Shown: positions 44,238-56,715 of the stretch, piece by piece
Position numbering within the stretch: position 1 is the stretch's first letter
Layout of the letters: the number at the start of each line of letters is the position of its first letter
Origin: Acidimicrobiia bacterium
GTDB lineage: Bacteria; Actinomycetota; Acidimicrobiia; Spongiisociales; ZC4RG35
Reading direction: 5' to 3'
Assembly (NCBI GenBank): GCA_025928935.1
Contig: JAICNB010000007.1
Location: 2,870 to 66,869, forward strand
Length of the DNA stretch: 64,000 nucleotides
The notes under the pieces: model-generated
Database searches by the model: none
What the model was told of the DNA's origin: nothing
The model's input: the letters and a program-made list of their open reading frames with translations, nothing else
Made by a program: the position numbers and the translations under genes

Positions 44238-45428
44238 TTATGAATTCCCACCGCCAGGAAGGGAATCCCCGGCCGTCACCGGCGGAGCGATGGTGAGCCG
44301 GACCGCCACGAGCGAGGCGGTCGCGGCCAGACTCACCACGATGGCGATGGCGATAGGCAGCGACCATGCCGTTGCCGCCACCCCGATCAGGGCCGGAGCG
44401 GCCATGAACCCGAGACGGGTGCCCACGGTGAGCGCGGCCAACCCCGACCCCTCGCCGAACGAGCGATGGGATCCCGCCAGCTTGTAGAGGACCGGCAAGG
44501 CAGCGGAGATGCCGAGGCCCCAGATCAGGAACCCGGCCAATGCCGCCGGAACGGTCTGCAGCACTACGACGAAGAACATGGCGATCACCGAGACGACCAC
44601 ACCGGAGTACAGGGTCGGCACCGCCCCGAAGCGGTCGACGATGTGGTCTCCGGCGAGACGACCGATCAGCATCCCGGCGGTGAACACGATCACGCCCGTT
44701 CCTGCCAGGGCCTGCCCGCTCCCGGTCACGTCGACGAGATAGAGAGCACTCCAGTCGAATGGGGCGCCTTCGACGAACACCGCGAATCCACCCGCGAGCA
44801 TGAGGCCGATGGCCAGCCGGCCGGATCGTGCGCCCTGCCGGGCCCTGGGTGGTGCATCGGGGATCAGGCGCATCGCAAACAGGGCGGTCCCGATCCCGAG
44901 AACCGAGATGATCGAGAGCTGGGTGACGAAATCGACGCCGACGAGAACGGCCAGCGCGCTGACGCCGGACCCAATCAGGGTGCCGAGGCTCCACAGGCCG
45001 TGCAGCCTGGTCATGACCGACCGCCCGTGTGCCTCCTCGACCCTCACGCCCACCGCGTTCATCCCGACGTCCGCGTTGGCGTCGAGAAAGCCCATTACGG
45101 CCAGCACCAGTGCCAGGAGGGCTGCCGTGGGGGCCACCGCCACCAGGGGCAAGAAAAGGTAGACGGCCAGCCCCGCGGTCACCGCGGTGCGACGTGCCCC
45201 CCACCCACCGACCACGACACCGCTCAACGACGAGCCGAGCAGCGATCCCAGCCCGCCGAGGGCCAGCGTCAGCCCGAGGGCGTCGAGATCGATGCCGAGA
45301 CGATCACGGATCTCGGGAAGGCGTGGGAGCCAGCTTCCCACCACGACACCATTGACGAAGAAGAGGAGGGCAACTCCGAGGATGGCCCTTCTTGTGCCGT
45401 TCAGGTTCGCCGTCCCCGGCCGGCTCAA
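44238..45428 (-). CDS. MFS transporter
   Basis: 12 hydrophobic segments. The proposed TTG start at 45428 forms a TTGA overlap with the whiB-like stop; the alternative is GTG 45455. Confidence 0.75.
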   Translation of the reverse strand: MSRPGTANLNGTRRAILGVALLFFVNGVVVGSWLPRLPEIRDRLGIDLDALGLTLALGGLGSLLGSSLSGVVVGGWGARRTAVTAGLAVYLFLPLVAVAPTAALLALVLAVMGFLDANADVGMNAVGVRVEEAHGRSVMTRLHGLWSLGTLIGSGVSALAVLVGVDFVTQLSIISVLGIGTALFAMRLIPDAPPRARQGARSGRLAIGLMLAGGFAVFVEGAPFDWSALYLVDVTGSGQALAGTGVIVFTAGMLIGRLAGDHIVDRFGAVPTLYSGVVVSVIAMFFVVVLQTVPAALAGFLIWGLGISAALPVLYKLAGSHRSFGEGSGLAALTVGTRLGFMAAPALIGVAATAWSLPIAIAIVVSLAATASLVAVRLTIAPPVTAGDSLPGGGNS

Positions 45429-45775
45429 CCGATCCGGCGTCGGGTGGCCAGCCACTTGCGTCGGAGCGAACGCCGCTCCTCCTCGGTGGTGCCTCCCCAG
45501 ATCCCGGCCCGCTGATTCGTCTCCAGGGCGTACTCGAGACAGTCGTCGATCACCGCACAACCGAGGCAGATCGCGATGGCACGCTCGATGGCAGCGGTGT
45601 CGGTGTCACCGACCGGGAAGAAGAGGGCATGGCGGTAACCGGAGCATGCGGCTCTCTCCCTCCATTCGGCCGCGAGCTCCGTCGTCAGCTCGGCTGGGCC
45701 TGTGCTCACCAGTGCGAGTTTCGCGGGTATGGGACCGTTTGCCAAGACGGGCCTCGTTTCAAGCTGGCTCTCCAT
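45425..45775 (-). CDS. WhiB family transcriptional regulator with basic C-terminal tail
   Basis: Cys pattern C-X29-C-X2-C-X5-C, a GIWGG turn, and the tail RRSLRRKWLATRRRIG. Confidence 0.8.
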   Translation of the reverse strand: MESQLETRPVLANGPIPAKLALVSTGPAELTTELAAEWRERAACSGYRHALFFPVGDTDTAAIERAIAICLGCAVIDDCLEYALETNQRAGIWGGTTEEERRSLRRKWLATRRRIG

Positions 45776-46646
45776 CTCCTTCGTGCTCTGCGGCTGGGAT
45801 GTCTTCGACGTAATCGAGGCTCTGAAGCTCAGCGGGCGTCTCCTCGATCACCGCCGCCCTTCTGGTTCGGCTGAAGGTCATGGCCAACAGGCTGAGTAGG
45901 GCGATCAAGCCGACGCCGGCAGCTATCTGCGAGATCAAGGTGGAGAACGGCCCGGCGGTCAGCTCGACGAATCCGAAACCGTCACATGACCCGCCGTCAC
46001 CATCGATGTTGCCCCCGATCTCGAACACGCCGTCGAGCTCTACCCCGGCGGCGTCGGAGACCTGGTCGACGTACTCCGAGATGTTGGCGACGTCACCCGT
46101 GTTCTCGCTGTCCTGGTCGATGTTGGGCTCGGCTTCGTCGTTGGATGCGATCACGACGGAGAACCCGCCGATATCGACATAGATTTCCCAGAAGTGGTTC
46201 GTGATGGGTGCCGGCGACGCAGCCACCCACGAGAGCGACCCCTCGGGGTCGACCTGGAACGGGTCCTGGCGGCTCGTGTCGGTGACGACGGTTTCGTCGA
46301 CGGAAGACGCCGCCTCGACGGTGCAGCCTCCATCGAGCTCGCCGCTCTCGGTGATCTCGGCGATGCCGGTGGCTCCCCATGCCACGAGCGCCACGGCCAG
46401 CACCAGCGGGACGATGCCGGTCAAGGCTGCGGCCCGGTCGCGTCCGGCCGTGGCGAGCAAGATGCCGAAGAGCGCGAACACCCCTGCCGAACCGAAGAGA
46501 TTCAACTTGTCGAGGGGCCAGATCCCGGCCTGCTGCAGGATCAGAGCCACCGAGATGCCAAGGAGCAAGCCGAGGAAGAAGCCACTCCATGGTCGGGCGC
46601 TCTTCCTCACGCGGACGGTCGCCGAATGCGAATGGTTGTCACCCAT
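45759..46646 (-). CDS. hypothetical membrane protein (3 TM, acidic extracytoplasmic domain, 1 TM)
   Basis: 295-aa ORF with coding-like GC3 bias and clear TM segments. I recognised no family. Confidence 0.55.
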   Translation of the reverse strand: MGDNHSHSATVRVRKSARPWSGFFLGLLLGISVALILQQAGIWPLDKLNLFGSAGVFALFGILLATAGRDRAAALTGIVPLVLAVALVAWGATGIAEITESGELDGGCTVEAASSVDETVVTDTSRQDPFQVDPEGSLSWVAASPAPITNHFWEIYVDIGGFSVVIASNDEAEPNIDQDSENTGDVANISEYVDQVSDAAGVELDGVFEIGGNIDGDGGSCDGFGFVELTAGPFSTLISQIAAGVGLIALLSLLAMTFSRTRRAAVIEETPAELQSLDYVEDIPAAEHEGDGEPA

Positions 46647-46711
46647 CGAGTCCCTCCTGAATCGCTCAGAATCTACGTCGTGTAATCCCCGAGACCCTGG
46701 ATACCCTCTGA

Positions 46712-47329
46712 GTGATGCCCCGGATCCGCGCCGCTTCGATCGACGAGCACAAGGCCCTGACGCGCAACTCGCTGTTGGCGTCCGCCAAGGGGTTGATCGC
46801 CGAGGCCGGTACCGCCGAGATACCCCTGGGCGAGATCGCTCTCGCCGCCGGGGTGGGCCGGACCACCCTCTACGACTACTTCGTCGACAGGGACGACCTG
46901 ATCGCCACCCTGGTGGAGGCGGAACTGCCCGGGGTCATCGATCGACTGATAGCAGGCGCTCCAGCCTCGGGCACTGCGGGCGAGCAGTTAGCCGATCTGG
47001 CCGGCCGAACCGTCGAGTTCGTGGCCAGCGATCCGGTTCTCGGTCTCATCCTGCACCGGGAGGTGGGGCGGATGGGCCCGGAGGCTCAGGAGCGAGTCCG
47101 CGCGGCGCACTCCCACCTGGCCGACGCGATGATGGGCCTGTATCACCACGGTGTGAGGGACGGGGAGTTCAGGGAGATGCCGCCCGATCTGGCCGGACGG
47201 CTCATCCAGGACACGATCATGTCGGCAGCCAAGTCTGTGATCTCGGCCCGGGACCCTGGGGAGCGGACCCCGGTCGTGATCGTGCACCTTCGACACTTTC
47301 TCTTAGGTGGGCTGCGTCGAGACCGTTAA
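46712..47329 (+). CDS. TetR/AcrR family transcriptional regulator
   Basis: The N-terminal HTH is LLASAKGLIAEAGTAEIPLGEIALAAGVGRTTLYDYF. It is divergent from the membrane protein-WhiB-MFS operon. Confidence 0.85.
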   Translation: MMPRIRAASIDEHKALTRNSLLASAKGLIAEAGTAEIPLGEIALAAGVGRTTLYDYFVDRDDLIATLVEAELPGVIDRLIAGAPASGTAGEQLADLAGRTVEFVASDPVLGLILHREVGRMGPEAQERVRAAHSHLADAMMGLYHHGVRDGEFREMPPDLAGRLIQDTIMSAAKSVISARDPGERTPVVIVHLRHFLLGGLRRDR

Positions 47330-47346
47330 CCATTTGGTAATTCGGA
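47325..47346 (+). promoter_or_regulatory. two PHO-box-like 11-nt direct repeat units upstream of ppk
   Basis: GTTAACCATTT GGTAATTCGGA, lying 21-42 nt upstream of ATG 47367. They resemble the units upstream of pstS. Confidence 0.4.
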
Positions 47347-47366
47347 TGCTCTAAGGAAATGAGGAC

Positions 47367-49418
<2,052 letters not shown>

Positions 49419-49498
49419 GCACGCCGCTTCGCCTGTTGTCCAGCCATCCACCATGAGGTGGTATCGGCTGCCCGAGGCTACGCAGAAGGCATTGGAAC

Positions 49499-49542
49499 GT
49501 TCACCTCTCGTTCACCGACGGGCCAACGGTCGGTAAACGGCA
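49499..49542 (+). promoter_or_regulatory. PHO box: four consecutive 11-nt direct repeat units upstream of pstS
   Basis: GTTCACCTCTC GTTCACCGACG GGCCAACGGTC GGTAAACGGCA. An extra GTTCATCTCGG sits at 49551-49561. The array is about 75-118 nt upstream of ATG 49617. Confidence 0.55.
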
Positions 49543-49616
49543 CCCCATACGTTCATCTCGGCAATGGGCTCTCCCGCGGCCCGAATGAACCGATCGTGAG
49601 CAAGGAGCACATTGGG

Positions 49617-50717
49617 ATGACGTCCCGAACCATCCGCCTGCTGGGTCTCGCAGTGATGACCGCAATGGTCGTGGCCGCCTGTGACATCGACGCCGGCGAT
49701 TCGACCTCGAGCACCGGGGCAGCGGCAGACACCACGGAGGCCGCACCCGATACGACCGAGGCCATGGAGGAGCCGACCACGTCGGCGGGAGCCGGCGAGG
49801 GGGGGGACCTGTCGGGCAACATCGTGGTCTCCGGTTCGTCCACCGTCGAGCCGATCACGGCACGGGTCGGTGAAGCCTTCGACGGCGCCAACCCTGGTGT
49901 GGCCACCTCGGTCGAGGGACCGGGCACCGGTGACGGGTTCGCCAGGTTTTGTGCGGGGGAGACCGACATATCAGATGCCTCCCGCCCGATCTCGGAGGAG
50001 GAGATCGTCACCTGTGACGGCGCCGGTATCGATTACGTCGAGCTTCACATCGCCACCGACGGGCTGACGGTCATGACCAATCCGGCCAACGAGGCGGTGA
50101 CCTGTCTCGCTTATTCCGACCTGTACGCCCTGCTCGGCCCGGAGTCGGAGGGCTTCGCCAATTGGTCCGATGCCAACGAGCTCGCCGGTGAACTGGGCGC
50201 ACCCAACGCCCCCTATCCCGAGGAGCCACTGGTGATCACCGCTCCGGGCGAAGAGTCGGGCACCTACGACAGCTTCGTGGAGCTGGTCATCGCCGACATA
50301 TCCGAAGAGCGTCTGGGTGAGGACAACGATTTCACCAGGGCCGACTACAACGCCTCGGCCAACGACAACGTGATCGTCCAGGGGATCACCGAGAATCCCA
50401 CCTCGCTGGGGTGGGTTGGCTTCGCCTTCTTCGAGGAGAACCAGGACTCGCTCAAGGCCATCGACGTAGACAGCGGCGACTCGGGATGTGTGGCCCCCAC
50501 CACCGAGAGCATCGCAAGTTTCGAATACCCGTTGTCGAGACCTTTGTACATCTATGTCAAGACCAACGACGTTGCCAGCAGGCCGGACCTGACCGCCTTC
50601 GTCGACTTCTACCTGTCCGACGACGGTCTGGCCTTCGTGTCGGAGGCCGGGTACGTCCAGATCCCGGCGGAGGACGTCGAAGCGACCCGAGCGGCATGGG
50701 AAGACGCCAAGGGTTGA
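49617..50717 (+). CDS. pstS: phosphate ABC transporter substrate-binding lipoprotein
   Basis: SD AAGGAG, signal peptide with lipobox VVAAC, PstS-family core (SGSSTVEPI...GTGDGF), and a Thr/Glu/Ala/Pro linker. Confidence 0.9.
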   Translation: MTSRTIRLLGLAVMTAMVVAACDIDAGDSTSSTGAAADTTEAAPDTTEAMEEPTTSAGAGEGGDLSGNIVVSGSSTVEPITARVGEAFDGANPGVATSVEGPGTGDGFARFCAGETDISDASRPISEEEIVTCDGAGIDYVELHIATDGLTVMTNPANEAVTCLAYSDLYALLGPESEGFANWSDANELAGELGAPNAPYPEEPLVITAPGEESGTYDSFVELVIADISEERLGEDNDFTRADYNASANDNVIVQGITENPTSLGWVGFAFFEENQDSLKAIDVDSGDSGCVAPTTESIASFEYPLSRPLYIYVKTNDVASRPDLTAFVDFYLSDDGLAFVSEAGYVQIPAEDVEATRAAWEDAKG

Positions 50718-50779
50718 GGTCATCGGTCCCGGGGCCGGGCAGAGGCTCGGCCCCGGAACCTATCCTCCACGAGACGTCA

Positions 50780-51709
50780 ATGGCCACCGTCGATCACCAG
50801 CGGGACATCTCGATCGACCTGACCGGAGATGTCCGTCGCCGTCGCCGGGAGAGCCTTGTCAAGGCGACCTTCTTCGCTGCTGCCGCGGTCTCGATCCTGA
50901 TCTCGGTGGCCATCGTGATCGCTCTCATCGGGAAAGCCTGGGCTTTCTTGTCATCGATCGAGTTGAGTCAGCTGTGGGCGGACGGGTGGTTCCCCCGCCG
51001 GGGCCGGTTCCAGTTGCTTGCCTTGATCGTCCACACACTGATGGTCACCGGTATCGCCATGGTGGTGGCGGTGCCCTTCGGCCTCGGGTCCGCCGTCTAC
51101 CTGTCGGAGTACGCCAGATCTGGGGTCCGAAGGGTCCTCAAGCCCACCCTCGAGATCCTGGCCGGAATTCCGTCCGTCGTCCTCGGTTTCTTCGCCCTCC
51201 AGTTCATCACTCCCAACATCGTGCGCGGGCTGTTCCCCGGGGCCCAGAGTGCCAACTTCCTCGCCGCCGGTATCGCGGTCGGAGTACTCACCATCCCGTT
51301 GGTGGCCTCGGTCTCCGAGGACGCGATGAGGGCCGTGCCTTCCTCGCTGCGAGAGGCCTCATACGGGCTGGGCGCCAAGCAGTGGCACACCGCCCTTCGC
51401 GTCGTGTTCCCGGCGGCTATCTCCGGGATCATCGCTGCCGTGATCCTGGGAATCTCGCGGGCCATCGGTGAGACCATGGTCGTGGCGCTCGCTGCCGGGC
51501 TGAACGGCATCATGACCTTCAACCCGACCGAGGGCGGGCTGACCATGACGGGGGCCATCGCCAACCTGGCGGTGGGATCCGACCAGGTGGCCGGAGATGT
51601 CGCCGCCTTTCAGTCGCTCTTCTTCGTCGGCCTGGTCCTCTTCATCTTCACACTCGGGCTGAACATCCTCAGTGGGCGGATGGTCCGGCGCTACAGGCAG
51701 AGATACTGA
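50780..51709 (+). CDS. pstC: phosphate ABC transporter permease
   Basis: 309 aa from ATG 50780. The EAA loop is LREASYGLGAKQWHTALRVVFPAA. Confidence 0.9.
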   Translation: MATVDHQRDISIDLTGDVRRRRRESLVKATFFAAAAVSILISVAIVIALIGKAWAFLSSIELSQLWADGWFPRRGRFQLLALIVHTLMVTGIAMVVAVPFGLGSAVYLSEYARSGVRRVLKPTLEILAGIPSVVLGFFALQFITPNIVRGLFPGAQSANFLAAGIAVGVLTIPLVASVSEDAMRAVPSSLREASYGLGAKQWHTALRVVFPAAISGIIAAVILGISRAIGETMVVALAAGLNGIMTFNPTEGGLTMTGAIANLAVGSDQVAGDVAAFQSLFFVGLVLFIFTLGLNILSGRMVRRYRQRY

Positions 51710-51711
51710 GG

Positions 51712-52677
51712 ATGACGACCGACACCGCAGCCATCACCACCACCGAACTGGTCCGCCGATCGATCGAGGGGCGTCGCTTCAGCCTGGTCAATGCCCTGAT
51801 CGCCTTCACCCTCCTTTTCACGCTGCTCTCCTCGGTCGTGATCCTGGTCACGCTGCTCGCCGACACCATCGCAGCGGCCCTCCCGGTCTTCGCCACCCGG
51901 GGGCTCTCTTTCATCACCGCCTCCCTGTCACCCCGAGCCGAGGCGGCCGGCATCTGGCAGGGAATCATGGGGTCATTGGCTTTGACCGGCTTCGTGATCG
52001 CGGTCGCTTTCCCTCTCGGTGTGGCCGCTGCGGTCTATCTGGAGGAATACGCCCCGGACAACCGGCTGACCAGGTTCCTCAACGCCAACATCCGCAACCT
52101 GGCCGGGGTGCCGTCGATCGTCTATGGGATCCTCGGGCTCTTCCTCTTCGTCGAGGTGTTCATGCGTGGCATGCTCGGTGCCTCCGAGGGGATCGCCGGG
52201 CGAAACGTCGTGGCCGGAGGTCTCACGTTGGCCGTGCTCGTGCTACCGATCATGATCATCACCACATCTGAGGCCCTCCGGGCTGTCCCAAGCGGCCTGA
52301 GGGAGGCCTCCCTGGCGGTGGGGGCCACCCGCTGGGAGACGATCCGACATCATGTCCTGCCTGTTGCGGTGCCGGCAATCCTGACCGGATCGGTGCTCAC
52401 CATCGCCCGGGCTTTCGGCGAATCCGCACCACTGCTCCTGGCCGGCGCCCAGCTATCGCTCTTCTTCAGTGTCGCCTCCGACTCGTCGTTCTATGACTTG
52501 ATGCTGACCCAGCCCTACACAGCCTTGCCCATCATCGTTTTCAACTTCGCCCGTCAGCCTCAAGCCGAGTTCGTGGCACTGACCGCCGCCTCGATCGTCG
52601 TGCTGCTGGTGATGCTGCTGTCGGTCAACGCGGTGGCGGTCCTGGCCAGGGACCGCTATGAGCGGAGATACCGATGA
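51712..52677 (+). CDS. pstA: phosphate ABC transporter permease
   Basis: 321 aa. The loop is [22 protein letters not shown]. Confidence 0.9.
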   Translation: MTTDTAAITTTELVRRSIEGRRFSLVNALIAFTLLFTLLSSVVILVTLLADTIAAALPVFATRGLSFITASLSPRAEAAGIWQGIMGSLALTGFVIAVAFPLGVAAAVYLEEYAPDNRLTRFLNANIRNLAGVPSIVYGILGLFLFVEVFMRGMLGASEGIAGRNVVAGGLTLAVLVLPIMIITTSEALRAVPSGLREASLAVGATRWETIRHHVLPVAVPAILTGSVLTIARAFGESAPLLLAGAQLSLFFSVASDSSFYDLMLTQPYTALPIIVFNFARQPQAEFVALTAASIVVLLVMLLSVNAVAVLARDRYERRYR

Positions 52678-53567
52678 TCGACCAGGAAGGCGAGCCGATG
52701 ACGACACAGGCGGAGACCGGCCCCAGGCTCGAGGTACCGATCAAGCTCCCCCTGGACACGGCGGATGGCGCTATCGAGCTGCCGGAGCAGCGAACGCCGA
52801 TATTCGTGTTGGAGGGGCTCAACGTCTACTACGGGGCTTTCAGGGCGGTTCGCGACGTCGACATGAGCATCCGTCAGAATCGGATCACAGCCCTGATCGG
52901 GCCATCGGGATGCGGCAAGTCCACCGTTCTCCGCTGTTTCAACCGGATGAACGATCTCATCGAGACCGCCCGCGTGGAGGGCAAGGTCCACTATCACGGG
53001 GTGGACCTCTACGGGGAGAGAGTCGATCCGGTCGAGGTCCGCCGACGAATCGGGATGGTGTTCCAAAAGCCCAACCCGTTCCCCAAGAGCATCTACGAGA
53101 ACGTCGTCTACGGGCCCCGGATCGCCGGGTTCAAGGGCAACTACGACGACCTCGTCGAGGAGTCACTGGTGAAGGCTGCCCTCTGGGACGAGGTGAAGGA
53201 CAAGCTCAAGGAGTCAGGCATGGCATTGTCCGGCGGCCAGCAACAGCGTCTCTGCATAGCCCGGGCCATCGCCACCAGCCCTGACGTCGTTCTCATGGAC
53301 GAGCCATGCTCGGCGCTCGATCCGATCGCCACGCTGAAGATCGAAGAGCTGATGCTGGACCTGAAGAAGGACTTCACGATCGTCATCGTCACCCACAACA
53401 TGCAGCAGGCAGCCCGAGTCTCAGACCAGACCGCGTTCTTCACGGTCAACGTCAGCGAGGAAGGGCAGCGAACCGGGTACCTCGTAGAGTTCAACGAGAC
53501 GGAGCAGATCTTCACCTCACCCGAGAAGAAACAGACCGAGGACTACATCACGGGGCGCTTCGGATGA
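52674..53567 (+). CDS. pstB: phosphate ABC transporter ATP-binding protein
   Basis: ATGA overlap with pst[19 protein letters not shown], and the PstB-typical end YITGRFG. Confidence 0.95.
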   Translation: MIDQEGEPMTTQAETGPRLEVPIKLPLDTADGAIELPEQRTPIFVLEGLNVYYGAFRAVRDVDMSIRQNRITALIGPSGCGKSTVLRCFNRMNDLIETARVEGKVHYHGVDLYGERVDPVEVRRRIGMVFQKPNPFPKSIYENVVYGPRIAGFKGNYDDLVEESLVKAALWDEVKDKLKESGMALSGGQQQRLCIARAIATSPDVVLMDEPCSALDPIATLKIEELMLDLKKDFTIVIVTHNMQQAARVSDQTAFFTVNVSEEGQRTGYLVEFNETEQIFTSPEKKQTEDYITGRFG

Positions 53568-54271
53568 CCAGTGCCGCAGACACCAACGTTCATTTCCATC
53601 AAGAGCTGGAGAACCTGGAGCACGCCGTCATCGGGATGGTGGACCGCGCCGAGCACATGGTGGAGATGGCAGTGGAGTCCGTGGTCAGCGGAGATCTCGA
53701 GCTGGCCGATCAGGTGGTCCGTCTCGACGAGGAGATCGACAAGATCTATTTCGACGTTCATCACCAGTGGACCACGCTCATGGCCCGATTCCAGCCACTC
53801 GGGTCCGATCTGCGAAAGATGACCGTTCTCCTCCAGCTCAACGCGACCTTCGAGCGGATGGGTGACCAGTGTGTGAACATCGCCAGGGTGGCTCAGCAGA
53901 ACGAAGGGCTGCCGCGTGTGGAGAGGATCTGTGACCAGATCCAGGAGATGGGGGATCTGGTCAGACCCATGATTCGGACCTCGATCGAGGCCTATCTCCG
54001 CCAGGACCTGGACGAAGCTCGGCTCCTGCCGGCGATGGACCAGCCTGTCGACCGGCTCAATGCCAACATGTTCAAGGAGATCGTGGCGGTCGCCTCCGAA
54101 CCTCAGATGCTGGAGTGGGCCACCAAGATGATCATGGCTTCGCGGGCCTTGGAGAGGGTTGGCGATCAGGCCGTCGACTTCGCCGAGCAGACGGCGTATC
54201 TCATCACCGGACAGCGGGCCCAGTTCGTCGAAGCCGGTCTGGACGAGTCGGTCAATGAACAGAGCGGATGA
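53564..54271 (+). CDS. phoU: phosphate signalling complex protein PhoU
   Basis: ATGA overlap with pstB. Two PhoU repeats carry E/D-rich metal motifs ([22 protein letters not shown]). Confidence 0.9.
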   Translation: MTSAADTNVHFHQELENLEHAVIGMVDRAEHMVEMAVESVVSGDLELADQVVRLDEEIDKIYFDVHHQWTTLMARFQPLGSDLRKMTVLLQLNATFERMGDQCVNIARVAQQNEGLPRVERICDQIQEMGDLVRPMIRTSIEAYLRQDLDEARLLPAMDQPVDRLNANMFKEIVAVASEPQMLEWATKMIMASRALERVGDQAVDFAEQTAYLITGQRAQFVEAGLDESVNEQSG

Positions 54272-54971
54272 GACCCGCAGACACCGCGTCCTGGTCGTAG
54301 AGGACGAGCCCGGGCTGGCCGAATCGGTCAGGTACGCGCTCGATGTCGAAGGATTCGACGTGCTGGTTTCCGACACCGGTGTCAGTGGTCTCGAGTCGGC
54401 TCGTGTCAACGACCCAGATCTCGTGGTGCTCGACCTGATGTTGCCCGGCATGTCCGGTCTCGATGTCTGCCGTCAGATACGGCGCTCCTCAGACGTGCCG
54501 ATCATCATGCTCACCGCCAAAGACGCCGAATCGGACAAGGTGGCCGGACTCGAGCTGGGAGCGGACGACTACATGACCAAGCCCTTCTCCATGCGCGAGC
54601 TGGTCGCCCGTATCCGCGCTCAGCTGAGGAGGGCGGCGAAGAGCGGGGCGCTGGCCGAGTCCAACGAAGTGCTTCGGGGTGGCCCGATCGAGCTCGACAT
54701 CGACGCTCACCAGGCGCGCGTCGACGGGGAGCCGGTCGACCTGAGACCGAAGGAGTTCGAGCTGCTGGAGTCGCTGATGCGTCGGAGGAACCGCCTGGCG
54801 GCTCGTCACACGCTCATCGACGAGGTGTGGGGGCCGAGCTACTTCGGCGACACCAAGACGCTGGATGTCCACATCAAGCGTCTCAGGCAGAAGCTGGAGG
54901 CCGAACCCTCCAGCCCACAGGTGATCGTCACTGTCCGGGGTCTCGGCTACAAGTTCGTCGATGAGCAGTAG
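54255..54971 (+). CDS. OmpR/PhoB family response regulator (PhoP/RegX3-like)
   Basis: Canonical receiver (VLVVEDE...LVVLDLMLPGMSG...MTKPF) plus a winged-helix domain. It overlaps the phoU end by 17 nt. Confidence 0.9.
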   Translation: MNRADETRRHRVLVVEDEPGLAESVRYALDVEGFDVLVSDTGVSGLESARVNDPDLVVLDLMLPGMSGLDVCRQIRRSSDVPIIMLTAKDAESDKVAGLELGADDYMTKPFSMRELVARIRAQLRRAAKSGALAESNEVLRGGPIELDIDAHQARVDGEPVDLRPKEFELLESLMRRRNRLAARHTLIDEVWGPSYFGDTKTLDVHIKRLRQKLEAEPSSPQVIVTVRGLGYKFVDEQ

Positions 54972-56697
54972 GGGCCCGGGTCGGACACCGCTTGCCCTTC
55001 GCTTCCTTCTCTACTTCGCCCTCGTCTACTTGGCCCTGATCGGGGCGATGGGCTGGTTCCTCTCCCGATCGGTGGATTCCGCCTTCACCGAGGGTCTATT
55101 CGACCAGGTGGAGTCGGCTGCGAGCATCGCGTCGCTCGGGATGCCGTCGGATGGGGCCGGGCTGGCTGATTGGGTGGAGGAGGCCTCCGACGTGGCGGGC
55201 TATCGTCTCACCGTCATCGACCAGGACGGGGTGGTCCTGGCCGACTCACACTCCGATCCCGCAACGATGGAGAACCACGCGACCCGTCCCGAGGTGGCGG
55301 CCGCCCTCGCCGGGGAGCGGGGCCGTGACCTCAGGGACAGCGACACGACCGGGTTCGACCAGCTCTATGTCGCCATCCCCACCGACGACGGTTTGGTGCT
55401 TCGGCTGTCTGCCTCTACGCGCGAGGTGGCCGCCGAGACGTGGCCCTACCGCAGCTCGGTGATCCTCATCTCGGTAGTCGTCGGTGTGCTGGGTCTGCTC
55501 CTCGCCCTCTGGCTGGCGCGGACCATGACCCGGCCGATCATCCAGCTGACCGAGCAGACCAGGGCACTGATCACCGACGAGGGCGATCACAAGGTGTCAC
55601 GCTCGTCGGTGCAGGAGATCGACGCGCTGGCCATGGCCATCACCGACCTCGACGCATCCAACGGAATGCGTCTCAGGGAGTCGGAACGCTCGTCGTCGAC
55701 TCTCGAGGTCGTGCTTGCCGCCCTGCCCCAGGGAACCATCCTCCTCGACGAGGCCGATTCGGTGGTCTACGCCAACCCGTCTGCCCATAGCCTGCTCGGT
55801 GCCATCCCATCCACTCTCGCCGGTCTGGCCCCCTTCTCCTTTCAGGATGCGGTGCACGAGGCGCGAGCCACGGCCGAGACGACGTCGACCATCGCAGAGC
55901 ACGGCAAGCCATCACGGCTGCTGCGGGCCATCGCCACGCCATTCGCCGCCGATCGGAGGGTGCTGCTGGTGGTGGTCGATGTGACCGAGAGGGAGCGAGC
56001 GGCCTCGGTGCGTCGAGACTTCGTGGCCAATGCCTCCCACGAGCTGAAGACGCCCGTGTCCGCGATCATCGCCTCCTCCGAGGCCCTTCAGCTGGCGGTG
56101 TCGAGGGGAGACGCCTCGGCGCTCGACTTCGCCCGCCAGATCGGGGGCTCGGCGACACAGCTCGATCGTCTCGTCGCCGACCTGCTCGACCTGTCACGTC
56201 TGGAGCGCGACGAGCCCGAGTTGGAGCCTTTGGGCTTTCATCATCTCGTCCGTGAGGAGGTCGAGAGAGTTCGCGCCGCGGCTGAAGAGCAAGAGGTCGA
56301 GCTGACCATCGACCTGGCCGATGTGCCGGTCGCCGGCAGCCGGCGTGATCTGGCCATCGCCGTCCGCAATCTCCTCGACAACGCCATCAGACACACCCCG
56401 ACCGGTGGGAAGGTCGGAGCCGAGCTCGAGGTGGTGGGTGAGGAGGCCGTTCTCAAGATCAGTGACACCGGTGAGGGGATCCCGACTCGCGACGTCGAGA
56501 GGGTGTTCGAGCGCTTCTACCGGGTCGACAACGCACGGTCGCGGGCCACGGGGGGGACCGGTCTGGGACTCGCCATCGTCAAGCACGTGGTGGAGAGTCA
56601 CGGGGGCAGCGTCACGGTGGAGAGCGAGCTGGGGGCAGGCTCGATCTTCACGCTGCGTCTGCCCGTCCTGGGCGACCAAACTTCCACGCACAACTAG
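54961..56697 (+). CDS. sensor histidine kinase (PhoR/SenX3-like)
   Basis: 2 TM segments plus HAMP/PAS-like regions. H-box SHELKTP, N box DNAIRHT, G boxes DTGEGI and GGTGLGLAIV. Confidence 0.9.
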   Translation: MSSRGPGRTPLALRFLLYFALVYLALIGAMGWFLSRSVDSAFTEGLFDQVESAASIASLGMPSDGAGLADWVEEASDVAGYRLTVIDQDGVVLADSHSDPATMENHATRPEVAAALAGERGRDLRDSDTTGFDQLYVAIPTDDGLVLRLSASTREVAAETWPYRSSVILISVVVGVLGLLLALWLARTMTRPIIQLTEQTRALITDEGDHKVSRSSVQEIDALAMAITDLDASNGMRLRESERSSSTLEVVLAALPQGTILLDEADSVVYANPSAHSLLGAIPSTLAGLAPFSFQDAVHEARATAETTSTIAEHGKPSRLLRAIATPFAADRRVLLVVVDVTERERAASVRRDFVANASHELKTPVSAIIASSEALQLAVSRGDASALDFARQIGGSATQLDRLVADLLDLSRLERDEPELEPLGFHHLVREEVERVRAAAEEQEVELTIDLADVPVAGSRRDLAIAVRNLLDNAIRHTPTGGKVGAELEVVGEEAVLKISDTGEGIPTRDVERVFERFYRVDNARSRATGGTGLGLAIVKHVVESHGGSVTVESELGAGSIFTLRLPVLGDQTSTHN

Positions 56698-56715
56698 CCT
56701 TCGGGGGTTCCCGCC

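Noticed and set aside
42926-45515. Long plus-strand ORFs 42926..44230 (434 aa) and 44466..45515 (349 aa).
   Set aside because: They are antisense to glutamine synthetase and the MFS transporter respectively. Their composition is typical of GC-rich antisense frames.
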